Assembly (NCBI GenBank): GCA_044892525.1
Contig: CM097885.1
Coordinates: forward strand, 7,318,001 to 7,382,000
Direction of reading: 5' to 3'
Source: Schmidtea polychroa
Lineage: Eukaryota
Length of the DNA: 64,000 nt
Shown here: positions 32,891 to 45,657 of the stretch, one piece after another
How positions within the stretch are numbered: the first letter of the stretch is position 1
Layout of the letters: every line of letters starts with the position of its first letter
Program-made: the position numbers and the translations under genes
The notes under the pieces: model-generated
What the model was told of the DNA's origin: nothing
Seen by the model: only the letters and a program-made list of their open reading frames with translations
Databases searched by the model: none

Positions 32891-35800
32891 AGTGAATAAT
32901 TTTTTATTCTCTATCTAATATTAATGATTATTTTCTTTTAGTGAACGGATGCAGTTTATATAAATTTTGTATTGCCGAAAGTCATGAAGATGTGGAGAAC
33001 TGTAAATCAGTTACATCATCATATTTCAAGATAAATGACTCTACCTTATCGGGTTACATATGTCCGGAATGTCTCATTATATCACCAGGTAGGTGGTTAA
33101 TGTTTGTACGACAACACGGACACCATCTTAGAAGATTCGAAGAAACGAAGAGCAGGATGATCACTAAAAGTAATACCCTTTCTACTATTAACAATTATTA
33201 ATTTTTTATAGTACAATCGAAAATGAATACATCATACGATCCTAAGCAGATTAAAGAATATGTTACAAGTTATGTTATTTAAGTTGTTTAATATTAATTA
33301 TAAATATAGTTAGACAAAACTCTGGCACCACAAAACGAAAGTCAATATTTTACGGAAATGGAGACTCTAACATACAATTGTGTCCACGTCGGGAGACTGA
33401 CTTAAATGGTTCTCGTGTTGAATTGACAAGCGATGTATCTGCAATTAATTCTCCTGACATTGTTGTTCCAGATTGTCTCATCAAAGAAATAGAAGATCAT
33501 ATTCAACGAATGGGGACAGTAAAAATCCAATTTGGACTTTGTGCAGAGTTTATCAAAGAGGATGGTGAAATTAAAAAATGGTGTTTGTCGAATAAAGCAA
33601 TTACAATGTCATCTTCATTTATTAATGATGGAATTGAAAAATTAAAAGAAAAGTTAGAGAAATACACTCAACAAAGTAGTGGGTGGAGAATTCATAAAAT
33701 ATTAGAAGTTACTATGATTTTAACTAAATTATCAGACATAATACATGTATCTGGTAAGTTTATTTACATTATTATATATATAAATCTAGATATTTACTTA
33801 GGTTCAAGTTACATTAAAACGCCAAATTACCTGAAAAACTGCCAGGCTTTAGTTAATGTTCAAAATAATGATCAATTTTATTTTTATATAGCATACTGGC
33901 CGTATTACATTATGATGACATACGTCGGGATAGAGAAAGAACAACAAAATATAACTTAAGTGGTAATATATATATATATTTATAAATGTCATAAATCATT
34001 GAAATTTGTTTTTAAGACTTAAAATGGAAATTTGAATGGTTTCCGATGAAGTTGGTTAACATTTGCCAATTCGAAGCAATGAATCCAAATCTAGCGATCA
34101 ATGTTCTCAAATATAATAAAGATCCAATTAAACAAAAAACTAATGATATTTTCAAGAATCCGTTCGTTGACTTGGTATATAAAAGTACTTCGACGGGATC
34201 TCAAATATATCTCTTATTGATTGAAGAAGGTAATATTTCCATTAATCATTAAAATATTAACTAAATTTTAGAATTAAATTATCATTTTTTGGCTGTAACC
34301 AATCTCGATCGACTGCTGAATTACAGGGATAAAGTAGAAGGAGTCAGAATCCAATCACATTGGTGTCATACATGTCTTCATGGGTTTCAAAAACGTCCTG
34401 CTTTTGAAAGACATATAGGTCTTTGTAGGAAGAATGTGGAGCGGACGACTCTATACTCAATGCCAGAGAATAAATATATCGAATTTAAAGACTGGAGTAA
34501 AACTATAAAACAGCAGTTTGTTGTCTACGCGGACTTTGAATCGATATTACCTCTAGATGACAAACACTTCCAAAAACATGAGCCGATTGCATCTGAATTT
34601 GTGCTTCTTCATCAAGGTTGTCCGATTCGAAATGAAACATTTGTTGGGAAAAACTGTATCATTCAGTTTATACAAGCATTGGATGATATAGCTACAGACA
34701 TAGTTTATCCGTGGTATAAAACTAATGGATCAAAGGAAATGATGGAACTCACTTGGGAACAGCAGGAAGAATTCACGACTCAAACACATTGCTACCTTTG
34801 TAAAAAGATTATTAATATACCTGTTCGAGATCATGATCATTTTACTGGTCAATATCTCGGAGCAGCATGTCAAGATTGCAACTTGGCTAGAAGAATCAAT
34901 CCGTCTTTACCTGTTGTATTTCATAATCTTCGTGGATATGACATTCATCATATATTAAAATATGCAATTGGAAAATTCCCTGATTGGAATTTAAATGTTA
35001 TTCCTCAATCAACAGAAAAGTTTCTCACACTTACAGCGACATCGAAAGGCAGAAGAATTAGATTCATTGATTCTTTACAATTTTTAAATAGCAGCTTGGC
35101 AAATTTATCAAAAAATTTACCATGTCTTCCACTGACCTCAGATGTTTTCGAATCGCAGATGATGACTTGTAAAACCATTTTTCCTTATGATATGGCTACA
35201 TCAATGGATGTTTTACAGTCAATAACAGAATTACCACCGATTTGGGAGGGAGTTAGTGAAGAAGATTATATACATGCAAATCGAATCTGGCGACAATACA
35301 ACTGTGAGACACTGCTAGATTACATGCTAATATATCTCAAGCTGGATGTTTTTCTGTTGGCCGATGTTTTTGAAGCTTTCAGAGAAAAAACATTTGACGA
35401 AGATGGACTTGAGGCTCTATCGTTTGTTTCCATACCCGGATTAAGTTGGGCATCAGCTATTAAACAGTTACCTGAACCAGTAGAACTTATTCAAGATCCA
35501 GAGCTTTACCGTTTATTTGAAGCTGGTATTCGTGGTGGAATGACATTTATCAACAAACATCATGTTGAAGCTGATGAATCAACACAAATGTCATACCTAG
35601 ATGTTAATAATTTATATGGATGGGCGCTGTCGCGAAAACTTCCTATTGGTGAATTTAGATGGATAAATGATCAGACTGAAATGAATGGTATTGTTGAAAG
35701 ATGTGCAAATGGGGATGAGTTTGATGGAGATCGTGGATATGTTCTAGAGGTTGACATCGTCATTCCTGATAGTATACAAGATAAGCTAGATGATTTACCT

Positions 35801-36877
35801 ATAGCTCCTGAGCTTTGTTATCCACCTGGTAGTAAAGTTGAAAAGTTGTTGTTAACTCATGAGCCTAAGAAAAACTATGTAGTTAATGGTAGAATTTTGA
35901 CAGAGTGGATGAGTTACGGCGCAAAGGTCACAAAAGTTAATCGTGCTGTAGAATTCAAGCAAGTGGCTATTTTCAAAGGATATATTGATTACAATACCAA
36001 AATGAGAGCAGCTAGTACGGATTCGTTTCAGCGAGACTATTATAAGTTAAAGAACAACAGTTTATACGGTAAAACTGTGGAAAACTTGAAGAAACGTATA
36101 AATTTGAGATTATGCAGCAAAAGCAAAAGATTGATAACTTATTGTAGTAATCCTATGTTTCGTCGTAGCATCAAGATTGCGGATGATCTCATTGCTGTTA
36201 TACTTGATAAGGAAATGGTGTGTTTAGATAGACCAATGTATATTGGACAAACCGTACTTGATTTATCTAAATTTCGCATGTACAAGTTTCAATATAAAGA
36301 ACTACAGAGTTATAGAGAAGAATTCAATTGTCAAATTAATATCGTAGCCGGTGACACAGATTCCTTCTTTTTAGAGTGTAAAAATGTTGATTTACGCTTA
36401 CAACTATATCCAAAAATGATTGAAGATGGGCTCCTAGATACTTCAAATTATCCAGTGACTGATCCATTGTTCTCAGATAAAATTTGTTCGGTAATCGGGA
36501 AAGTTAAGGATGAGAATAAAGGAAACCAATATAAAGAATGGGTGTTTCTTCGACCCAAATGCTACTCACTCCAAGGCGATAAAAACACTCTAAAAGCCAA
36601 AGGAATAAGTCTTACAAATTCTAATATCACCCATGAAGCTTATAAAAAAGTGTATACTGACGGTGGAACAGTGAGCATCCAACAAAAGAGAATAGGAAGT
36701 GTTAATCATCAGTTGTATACTTTCATTACAGAAAAACGAGCTCTCCAATGTTTGGATGATAAAAGATATTGGTTCAATTCTAATGAAAGCTATGCCTACG
36801 GTCACTATAAGATTCGTCAAATGCATATTGCAACTGCTCCGTCTACAAATGAATGCAAATCGAAACAAGCACTTTAA
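32891..36877 (+). CDS. polB: Protein-primed family B DNA polymerase (Polinton/adintovirus type), spliced, with N-terminal terminal-protein/OTU-like region, endonuclease VII-like Zn motif, 3'-5' exonuclease and polymerase domains
   Basis: ORF 34289-36877 has ExoI YADFES, CYLC..RDHDH..CQDCN, ExoII FHNLRGYD, motif A YLDVNNLYG, motif B KLKNNSLYGK, motif C GDTDS and PKCY. Upstream ORF pieces join in frame through GT-AG introns 32892-32941, 33170-33211, 33269-33309, 33754-33801, 33963-34016 and 34230-34271, giving SGW, GSSYIKTP..VNVQNND, FPMK..QFEAMNP..INV and YHFLAVTNLDRL. One missing T at 33881-33885 must be assumed. Confidence 0.9.
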
Positions 36878-37947
36878 CAATTAAATTTATGTGAATAATA
36901 AAATATATATTGTGAATTATTTGACTTAGTTAATTAAAATGTGTTTTATCATTTAATTATTTATTTGTCCAATTAATTTAGATAATTAGTTTCAAGTAAG
37001 AAATATTATTTTCGTGTTTATTTTATTTATTTATTTATTTTTTCCGAAAAATTAATATCCGGTTTATCTAAAATTAACTCAGCGTTTTATTTTATAATAA
37101 ATTAAATAATTTCTAATTAAAATTTTATTCAAATTGAAATATTACTGTTATAATTTACGCTCTTGTTAGAATATAATGTAAATGTAAAATTTAAAAAAAA
37201 AAAAAAAAAAAATTAATAATAATAATAATAATAAATAATAATAATAATAATAAATAAATAATAATAATAATAATAATTAAATAACGTTAGTAATTAAAAT
37301 AAAATATTAATAAACTAATTAATTAATTAAATGTAATAAATTAAAAATTAACTAAAGTAAGTAACTAAAATAAAAACATAATAAAATAATTAATTAAGAA
37401 AATTAAAAAATAAAAAAAAAATAAATAAATAAATAAAAAAATAAATAAATTGAAGTAATTAAATAAAATTTAAATTAAAAAAATAAATAAATAAAAATAA
37501 AAAAAAATAAATAAATAAATAAATAAAATAATAATAATAAAGCGTAAGTAATTAAAATAAAATATTAATAAACTAATAAATTAATTAAATGTAATAAATT
37601 AAAAATTAACTAAAGTAAATAATTAAAATATAACATCATAAAATAATTAATTAATAAAATTAAAAAGAAAAAAAAAATAAATAAATAAATAGAAGTAATT
37701 AAATAAAATTTAAATTAAAAAATAAATAAATTAATTAAAAAAAAAATAAATAAATAAAAAATAAATAAATAAAAATAAATAATAATAAAGCGTAAATAAT
37801 TAAAATAAAATATTAATAAACTAATAAATTAATTAAATGTAATAAATTAAAAATTAAATAAAGTAAGTAATTAAAATATAACATCATAAAATAATTAATT
37901 AATAAAATTAAAAAGAAAAATTAAAAAGAAGTAATTAAATAAAATGT

Positions 37948-38607
37948 AATTTAATTTTTTAGGACCATTATTTACTTTAATTTAATTTTTAGAACCATAA
38001 TTTACTTTAATTTAAAAATTTGGACCATTATTTACTGTAATTTAATTTTTTAGAACCATTGATTACTTTAATTTAATTTTTAGACCCATAATTTACTTTA
38101 ATTCAAAAATTTGGACCATTATTTACTTTAATTGAAAAATTTACCACGTTTTTTAGTGTAGACCACCTTTTTCTCAGGACCAAGGAGACCCACCTTAATT
38201 TAATTCGAAAAAACCATGCTTTTTTTAGTGATAGTCGGATTTTTGTATTGAAAATATCCTGAGACCTTAAATTACCATGCTTTTTTATTGAAGACCGCCT
38301 TTTGTATTGAAAAAATCCTGAGACCTTAAATTACCATGCTTTTTTATTGATAGTCGGAATTTTGTATTGAAAATCCCAGGACCAAGGAGACCCCCTCACT
38401 ATAGTGTGAAAAATCCTTGGCTTTTTTATTGATAGTCGGATTTTTGTATTGAAAAAAAATTTTTTTGTATTGAAAATCCCAGGACCATTGAGACCCCCTC
38501 ACTATAGTCTGAAAAATTGCGTAATCAAAAGTTGCAGCAAAAAAAATCGTGCAGCAGAACCCCCCCCCCCCGGGGTCATTGCTGCAGCGGGCTCCTAAAT
38601 ACCTACT
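37948..38607 (-). repeat. Right terminal inverted repeat
   Basis: Reverse complement of the 14083 end; terminates in ACCTACT immediately before the CTAACG TSD. Confidence 0.8.
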
Positions 38608-38939
38608 CTAACGGATGAGAATCCTAATACTACATATAGCTGAAATCTGTTGATTAGTACAACTTCACTGTATAAACATAAAGATAATGATGAGCTGATA
38701 TCTTTCTAATTTGAATAATAATAAATTAAATATTCAAAGAACTAAATTAAAAAATTACGTAAAATAATGCTTATCTAATTAATACAATTACTAATTTCAA
38801 ATTTCTGCCTTTATTTTTTTCAAGGATTAAAACAAATTGTTCAATGTTTATTACAGCAGGTTTGTTAATGAATAAGATGCTTAGAAAAAACTAAATTTAG
38901 ATTAAACATACAAATCCATGAATATTAATATGATTTGAT

Positions 38940-39610
38940 TCAGAGGTCGGCGAATATCCACTAACAATATTTGGGAAAAATGTATATATAAATGGTAGTA
39001 ACTCATTTATTGCTGTATCGGGGAATGGGGGAAACTTTTATGGTTTGACTTATTTAAGTGCCTCCTGTGCCAAACCCGATGAGGTACTCTCCTAATTAAA
39101 TGATTAATATACTAACAAAATATACATCTAGATGTGTATTAATAGAAAAGATTGGGAAACAAACAGCTTATATCCATTTTTTTATCTTTGGGTCGGTCAG
39201 AATAACTTCAATGAGATTTTCCCAATAACGAAGATTGAAAGTAAAGAGTTCTCATTTAAAATTTTATATAATGTCTTCGTGTAGGCTTTAGTTCAAAAGT
39301 TCAGAAACTCGAATTCAATGCCAATAAACACAATTCAACTTTCTTCGTAAGTTGGAAGATTGCGCCATATTCAACTGTTCAAAGTTTTTACGTAGTTGAA
39401 GTTTTACACTCAAAATCTAAAGAACTTTCTATGGCTTACATTTTGAAGTGTAAAACGTGCAGTGGAATGCAAAAACAAGTAAATATTTAATAATCAAAGT
39501 TATCATTCTCGGTATTATGTCCCCACTATAATGGACGTGTTAGTTATACTTTGAAAATTACACAACAAATATTGCCCCATTGCCGATGTCTTAATCATGC
39601 TGGATACTCC
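38940..39610 (+). pseudogene. Possible host gene or pseudogene exons with tiny introns, unknown product
   Basis: Coding-like blocks (GGEYPLTIFGKNVYINGSNSFIAVSGNGGNFYGLTYLSASCAKPDE) are separated by GT..AG gaps of ~45 nt (e.g. 39084-39131, 39241-39284). Some frame breaks. Confidence 0.3.
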
Positions 39611-39887
39611 TTGATTTATGGGCTTGTGTTAAAACTCAATTAATTAATTTGCTGTTTTGGATCCTGGCTCTTCTATTAAACTTCTAATCAGTTAAAAATT
39701 ATTTTATATGTTTTCAAAATCTCATTTCTTACCACTTTCTCTCCACCCCTCACGAAAAATATTGATTATTGGTTTATTGATATTTTCATTAATTTTTAAT
39801 TGGTTTTGATAATTTGTAATTTTTTATATTTCAATTTTATATATAACGCCAACATTAGTATAATTAGTATATAATCCAAAAAAAGTG

Positions 39888-40708
39888 TTTCAAAAAAAAA
39901 TTGCTGCAACTTACATTTTTTTTTGATTACATAATTGCTGCAGTGGCTCCACTTTTTTTTCTGGGATTTTCAATACAAAAATTTTTTTTCAATACAAATA
40001 AAGTTTTCTCTGACTATAGTAAGGAGCTCTCGATGGAACCTGAGAATTTCAATATAAAAAAGGTCCTCGCTAAAAAGCCAAGGATTATTCAGACTATAGT
40101 GAGGTAGTGGCCTACATTAAAAAGGCATGATAAAGTTTTGAATTAAATGAAATTATGGTCCAAAATATAAAATTACAGTAAATTATGGTAAATTACGGTA
40201 AATTATTATTGAGCAATCAGTCAATCAATATGAGTACATGTATTACTTTTAAAAAAATAATTAAAATTAATTTATTCAATATAAATCAATTATCTACTAA
40301 ATCTTATTTATTAACTTAGTTGATTCATATTAACTTGAATGATTAGTATTTTTTTATTTACTGGATGATTAATGATCACAATTTAAAGTTTTTTCTTGTC
40401 CATTAATTACATTTTGTTATTTATTAGGTTTTGAATAATTTATATTTTTACAATTATTTAATCAATTTTTACCAAGTTATTGAGGCCTTGAGTTCAATTA
40501 ATTTTTCATTCAATTTTATCAAGTGAAGAGTATTTTCTTTTAAAGATCAATTTGTTATTACATAGTTGTTGGTTGTAAGTACTTGGTTGTTAGTACTTGG
40601 TATCTGGTTGTTAGTATCTAGTTGTAGGTTGATATTTGTCAATTTCTCGATGGGTTTTGATGGTGGTTGTTAGTAGCTGGTTGTTGGTAACTGATTGTTG
40701 AATTATTA

Positions 40709-40749
<41 letters not shown>

Positions 40750-40783
40750 ATTATTATTTTTATTAATATTATTGTTTTATTAA

Positions 40784-40841
<58 letters not shown>

Positions 40842-41698
40842 TTTATTAATATTAATATTATTTTATTATTATTATTTTTATTAATATTATTATTTTTTTT
40901 ATTATTATTATTATTTTTATTTTATTATTATTATTTTTATTTTATTAGTATTATTTTTATTAACATTGAAATTTGCATCTAAATTTGTCTTTGAAAATTA
41001 ATCCATTAAAATTTCCATTAAAAATTGACTTAAAATAATTATTCCATAAAACATTTTATTAAAAAATTTTATTCTCAAACACCGACTATTATTCCTACTT
41101 TTTGTTAATAAATTTTAAAATCTTACTTTAATTACTTATTACATTACTTTACTTATTTAAAATTATTACTTTAATTTACTTATTTAAAAATTAATACTTA
41201 TTTAACTATAATTTAAAAATCTGAACCCTAATTTACTTGAATTTAAAATTTTGAACCTTAATTAATTTATTTAGACCATAATTTACTTTAATTCAAAAAT
41301 CTGAACCCATAATTTACTTTAATTTAATTTTTTGGACCATATTTACATTTAATTCAAAACTGTACCATGCTTATTTAGTGTAGACCACCTTTTTCTATTG
41401 AAAACTACCTTTTTGTATTGAAAAACCCAGGACCAAAGAGACTCTCTCACTATAGTTTGAATAATCATTGGCTTTTTAGCGAGGACCTTTTTTATATTGA
41501 AATTCTCAGGTTCCATCGAGAGCTTCTCACTATAGTCAGAGAAAAATATATTTGTATTGAAAAAAAATTTTTGTATTGAAAATCCCAGAAAAAAAGTGGA
41601 GCCCACTGCAGCAATTATGTAATCAAAAAAGCAAAAAATGTAAGTTGCAGCAATTTTCTATGGGGGTCATTGCTACAAGGTGCTCCTAACTACTTACT
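39888..41698. mobile_element. ~1.8-kb non-autonomous element of the same family, left tip deleted
   Basis: TIRs at ~39901-40190 vs ~41330-41653. Right end GCTCCTAACTACTTACT. AAAGTG flanks both sides (39882-39887 and 41699-41704), a possible 6-bp TSD. Confidence 0.75.
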
Positions 41699-42487
41699 AA
41701 AGTGTATATGAAATCCAAGGCTTTCGTGAATAGTTGAATACTTAAAACAAGTTAGTGATACTATAATAAGGTATAAGGTATAATAAGAACATTTTTTCAA
41801 ATTTCACCACAGATTTCTTTTCCATTGACAAAAAGCTTGACTATGAATCAGTAAATATATCGATGTTTCTGATATTCAATTACACGTGTGCATATAATAT
41901 TATGAAAAAATTCTACTTCACAAGTACTAGTAGCTCCACGAGGCTTAAAAAAACTAGAAAATAAGAAATTTAACTTACCTTTATATTAGTCTGATGATCA
42001 TCTTGCTTGTGTAATGGATTTTATCTCTGCAAATACCCTTCATAATTTATATTTAAAATAATATAGTTATATTATTTAAAATTTTATTCATAGGTGGCTG
42101 AAGTAGAATTGTCGAAATTGCGGGAAAACCTTTCACCAAATAAAGTATTTGAAAATTATTATGAAGCTGTTGATGACAAAATTTCTTTCACCACAAACGA
42201 AATGATTCCAGAACTACTCTATGTAGCCAAAGTTTATTCTTATTTTTTCACAAAAATCAGTCATTCCATGGAAAGCACTCCAGAATTTATTCGATGTAAG
42301 GCCGTTAGTAATAAATGAAGAACAATTTTGTAAAATAACAATTTCCTTAATCTTTAATTTATCCACCTAAACCTTTCCTAATGTAATAATCTAATAATAT
42401 AACTATAAATAAATATATATATATATATATATGCATAAATATACATAATATACATAATATACAATATGCATAATTATACATATATAT

Positions 42488-45400
42488 TAGGGTGGGTCGA
42501 ATGTTAATAAATTTTGAGTTCAAGAAAGGAAACATGGTTAAAAAGTTGTATTTTGGTATAGAAAAATCGAATCAAACCATTTTACTTAGATTTATGGACA
42601 TTTACTGCTCCCAACTTTTCTCCGAAAATGCAGTTCAACATAAGTGTGAAAACAATGTAATTTGGCTAGTGTCGGAATGTGTTTTGCGCCTTTGTCCATA
42701 TTTAGATGTAGCTTTCTTAAGAGCTTATAAGTATATTATTTACTCTCTTGGGCTGAGACAGTATATTCTGTGTCCTCATCCCGCATTGAAATATATCCTG
42801 ACAACGTCAGTGATTAGGAAGGGCCAAATTTGAATTATCCTTTTCAAAGACAAAAATCAACTTTCGAAATTATTTTTTATTAAAAACATCCAGCCAAAAG
42901 TTTAGAAATGTATTAGCGAGGGCATAAAAAGAAGTCACATGAAATCAGCTTTGCTTTGCACCTTGGGCAATTCCTTCCTTGATTTTTTACACAGTAGTAC
43001 CATACCATGTCTGGACTTGTGACCAAACACTTTGCAACTGGCAGAAGAAACATCTTTGATGGCTCTTTCAACGGCTTGAGAATGACAGGGAAATTGTTCT
43101 AATGTAATTTTCTTATTCATCTTCAATTCATGATCCAATATATGAAATAAAAGAGGGGGAGGCGTCAAATTACATTTTGTCCAGTCAATCATGTCAACAT
43201 ATGATGTAGCAGACGACTGAAGAAAGACAGTATTCTTGTCCATAGTGCGAATCACTTCGGAAGGGAGAAAATTTTGTCTTGCAGTTATGATTTTTTCTGT
43301 TGCAAACTTTCTGATTTCTTCATCATCATCACCAACAGCAGCTAGGAGTATATTTTCTGGATGTGAGAAGTAATTGTTGTTCTGAATGACAGGAAAGATG
43401 ATTTCTTGGTCTGATGGATCCAAATCCTGCAGAAGTTGGAGCATATAAAAATATTTCTTGCACCATCTTGGCATGACGAGTGAGTCTTTATATAAAACCA
43501 TGACGGTCCATAGAAATTGACAATAAATTTCACTATTCGCTTGAGAGGTTCAGATGGATCAGTTTCGGACATATATAGTCGCAGAATTCTATTAGCTTTC
43601 GTTAGCCAGCGACTGTGATTCAAATTTCCTGGTTGTGCCATTTGTAGAAAAGGGACATCCTTGTTGTTGTGGTACCCTTTCTGGACTGCCAAGCATACTC
43701 TGAGGAAATACAATTGATCAGTGTTCAATTCTTTCTTGACATTTTCACTAATATCTACGACCTTTCCAGGAAGGGACATAAAGGCTACTACGGGCTTGTC
43801 TTTTGGATCAAAATCAAGAACGCTTCCTATTTCACCACATGACGTTTTTGGACCTTTTGTTTCTCCACCATCGACGTCTGAAAAATACTTCCTGAATGGC
43901 AATTCATTTGCATGCAACAAGCATATCAGCCATTGTAGAGGTCGCCCTAGGCTTTTTTCGAGTCTTCTGATTATTCCATTATTTTTTCCGGTGTTTGTAT
44001 TGGTTCCATCGCACACAATGGCTTGAAGGGTCAGTGAGGACTGCGTGCTAACGATGATTGACATGATTTCTTTGCCAATATCCACAGCTTTACTACTTTG
44101 AGGTACAACATGATCGATATATGTATCCCCTGGAAAGGCGACAATCACATAATGCTCCTCTTTTAGGATCCTTCTATGAAGTAAGGTGGAATCTTGTTTC
44201 CCGTCGAAACCGAGGCAAATCAAGTTTTTCGCTTCTGCTGAATGCTGTTCAATTTCTCTCTCCCTCCAGTACTTTCTCTGACGCCGTAATTTTGCGGGAT
44301 CGATGATTGTTTGAGAGGATAACAGTTCCATATCTTTCAGAAAAGCGTTTACTAGCAAACACGTGTCTCTGTTGCTCACACCACATCTGTCAACAGCTTT
44401 ACTTAATTCAGGATAATGTCTTCTATTTTGAAATTCATCACATTCTTCTACGCTTGACTCTGAGCTTTCTGTTGAATTGTCTAACTTATCTTTACTTTCA
44501 TCACTAGCGGCTTCACTCTCCGTGTCACTTCTTGAGGTCGGATGTAGATCGTTAACTTCAGTGTCCATTATTTCATTTTTCATTTGTTTTCCTTTTCCTG
44601 TAGGGCTGCTTTTCGTTTGTTTTCTCTTCAATTTTGAGGTTTCCTGTCTGTCCGTATTTCCGATTTTCATGTTTCTGGTAGTTTGTTGGTCAATCCAGAA
44701 CTCCCACTCTAAGGTAGGAATTTTCAAGGCCAATCGGCATGTACACTGACTTCTTCCACGAGCACCATCATTAAAACATTTGCAGCAACATATGTCAAAC
44801 AATTTGGAAAACGAGCTTAACTTATCTTGAAATTTGGCAGATGACCTCTTGCAATCTGGATACTTCTCTAATTCACGCACTTTTGATATTAGTCGCTTGA
44901 CACGAACCACAATACTACTGAACTCAACAGTTGGGATACTTGCCTTCATATAAATTTCCTTCACCTTATTTGTGAGAAGAGTTGCTTGTTCGTTAAAGCC
45001 AGTATGAAATTGCGTACATTTCTCATTGTAACAGTAATCACGAAACACATCTTCACAAGTAGGTAATTGGTTTCTGGGTAGTTCACAAGTTTGACCAAAC
45101 AGACAATGACGTGATTTACTTCTTGTTTTGCGAAATTGCTTATTTCTCTGTCCCTTCATAACTGCTCTTCTGTACTCAGCTCTGGCAAAATAAAAGTGAA
45201 TCATCAAGTTAACTTTTTTAATTAGGTCCAGCAAACACTTGACATCCAATCGAAACAAATTAAATTATCTGAGTTTAGACTGACTAGTAGTATCCATGTA
45301 GATTATGTGTTGACTGTAGTGTGTGTGTTAGTATTGTTCAGAGGAAATTGTCTTTGTGAGTGCTTGTGTGAAGGTGCTTCCGTGAATTAACCTCTCTATA

Positions 45401-45657
45401 CATGCACGCGTTAGCTTGGACTTGTGAATAGAGCATGTCAAAAATGGTCTTTCTGCAAGCGTGTGACTGCTTGCAGGATGAATTTACAATGGCACGTGTG
45501 CGAGCATTTTTACTGGGATAGTACTAATACATACAAACAAAAGTTGGGACCTGTAAACCCTTTTAAACAGCAGTCTTTTGCAGGGATATTTCATTTTCTA
45601 GCATAAGCACAACTTTTTAGGCATGTTTGGAGAAAAAAAAATTTTCGGCCCACCCTA
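42488..45657 (-). mobile_element. hAT-superfamily-like (hATm-type) DNA transposon
   Basis: TIRs TAGGGTGGGTCGAA and TTCGGCCCACCCTA enclose a transposase. The TSD is not clean (ATATATAT vs ATAGTCAT). Confidence 0.8.
42935..45159 (-). CDS. DDE transposase (hAT-like), split by one 1-nt frameshift
   Basis: Motifs GFDGKQD, EEHY, CDGTNTNTG, WLICLLH (CxxH), HSRWLT and PCHSQAVER. ORFs 43342-45258 and 42935-43501 join if one base is added in the A5 run at 43447-43451. Start codon uncertain. Confidence 0.85.

Larger units (their letters stand above)
28125..37947. repeat. Long inverted repeat: arms 28125-31288 and 34547-37947, spacer ~3.26 kb
   Basis: Near-identity through the pol gene and its AT-rich 3' region. 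The right arm has an extra copy of an AT-rich tandem unit. Confidence 0.9.

Noticed and set aside
42487..42492. TTAGGG telomeric motif
   Set aside because: Single copy forming the transposon TIR, not a telomere array.
43721..44749. Plus-strand ORFs within the transposase (also 36590-36880 antisense to pol)
   Set aside because: Antisense shadows of real coding sequence.
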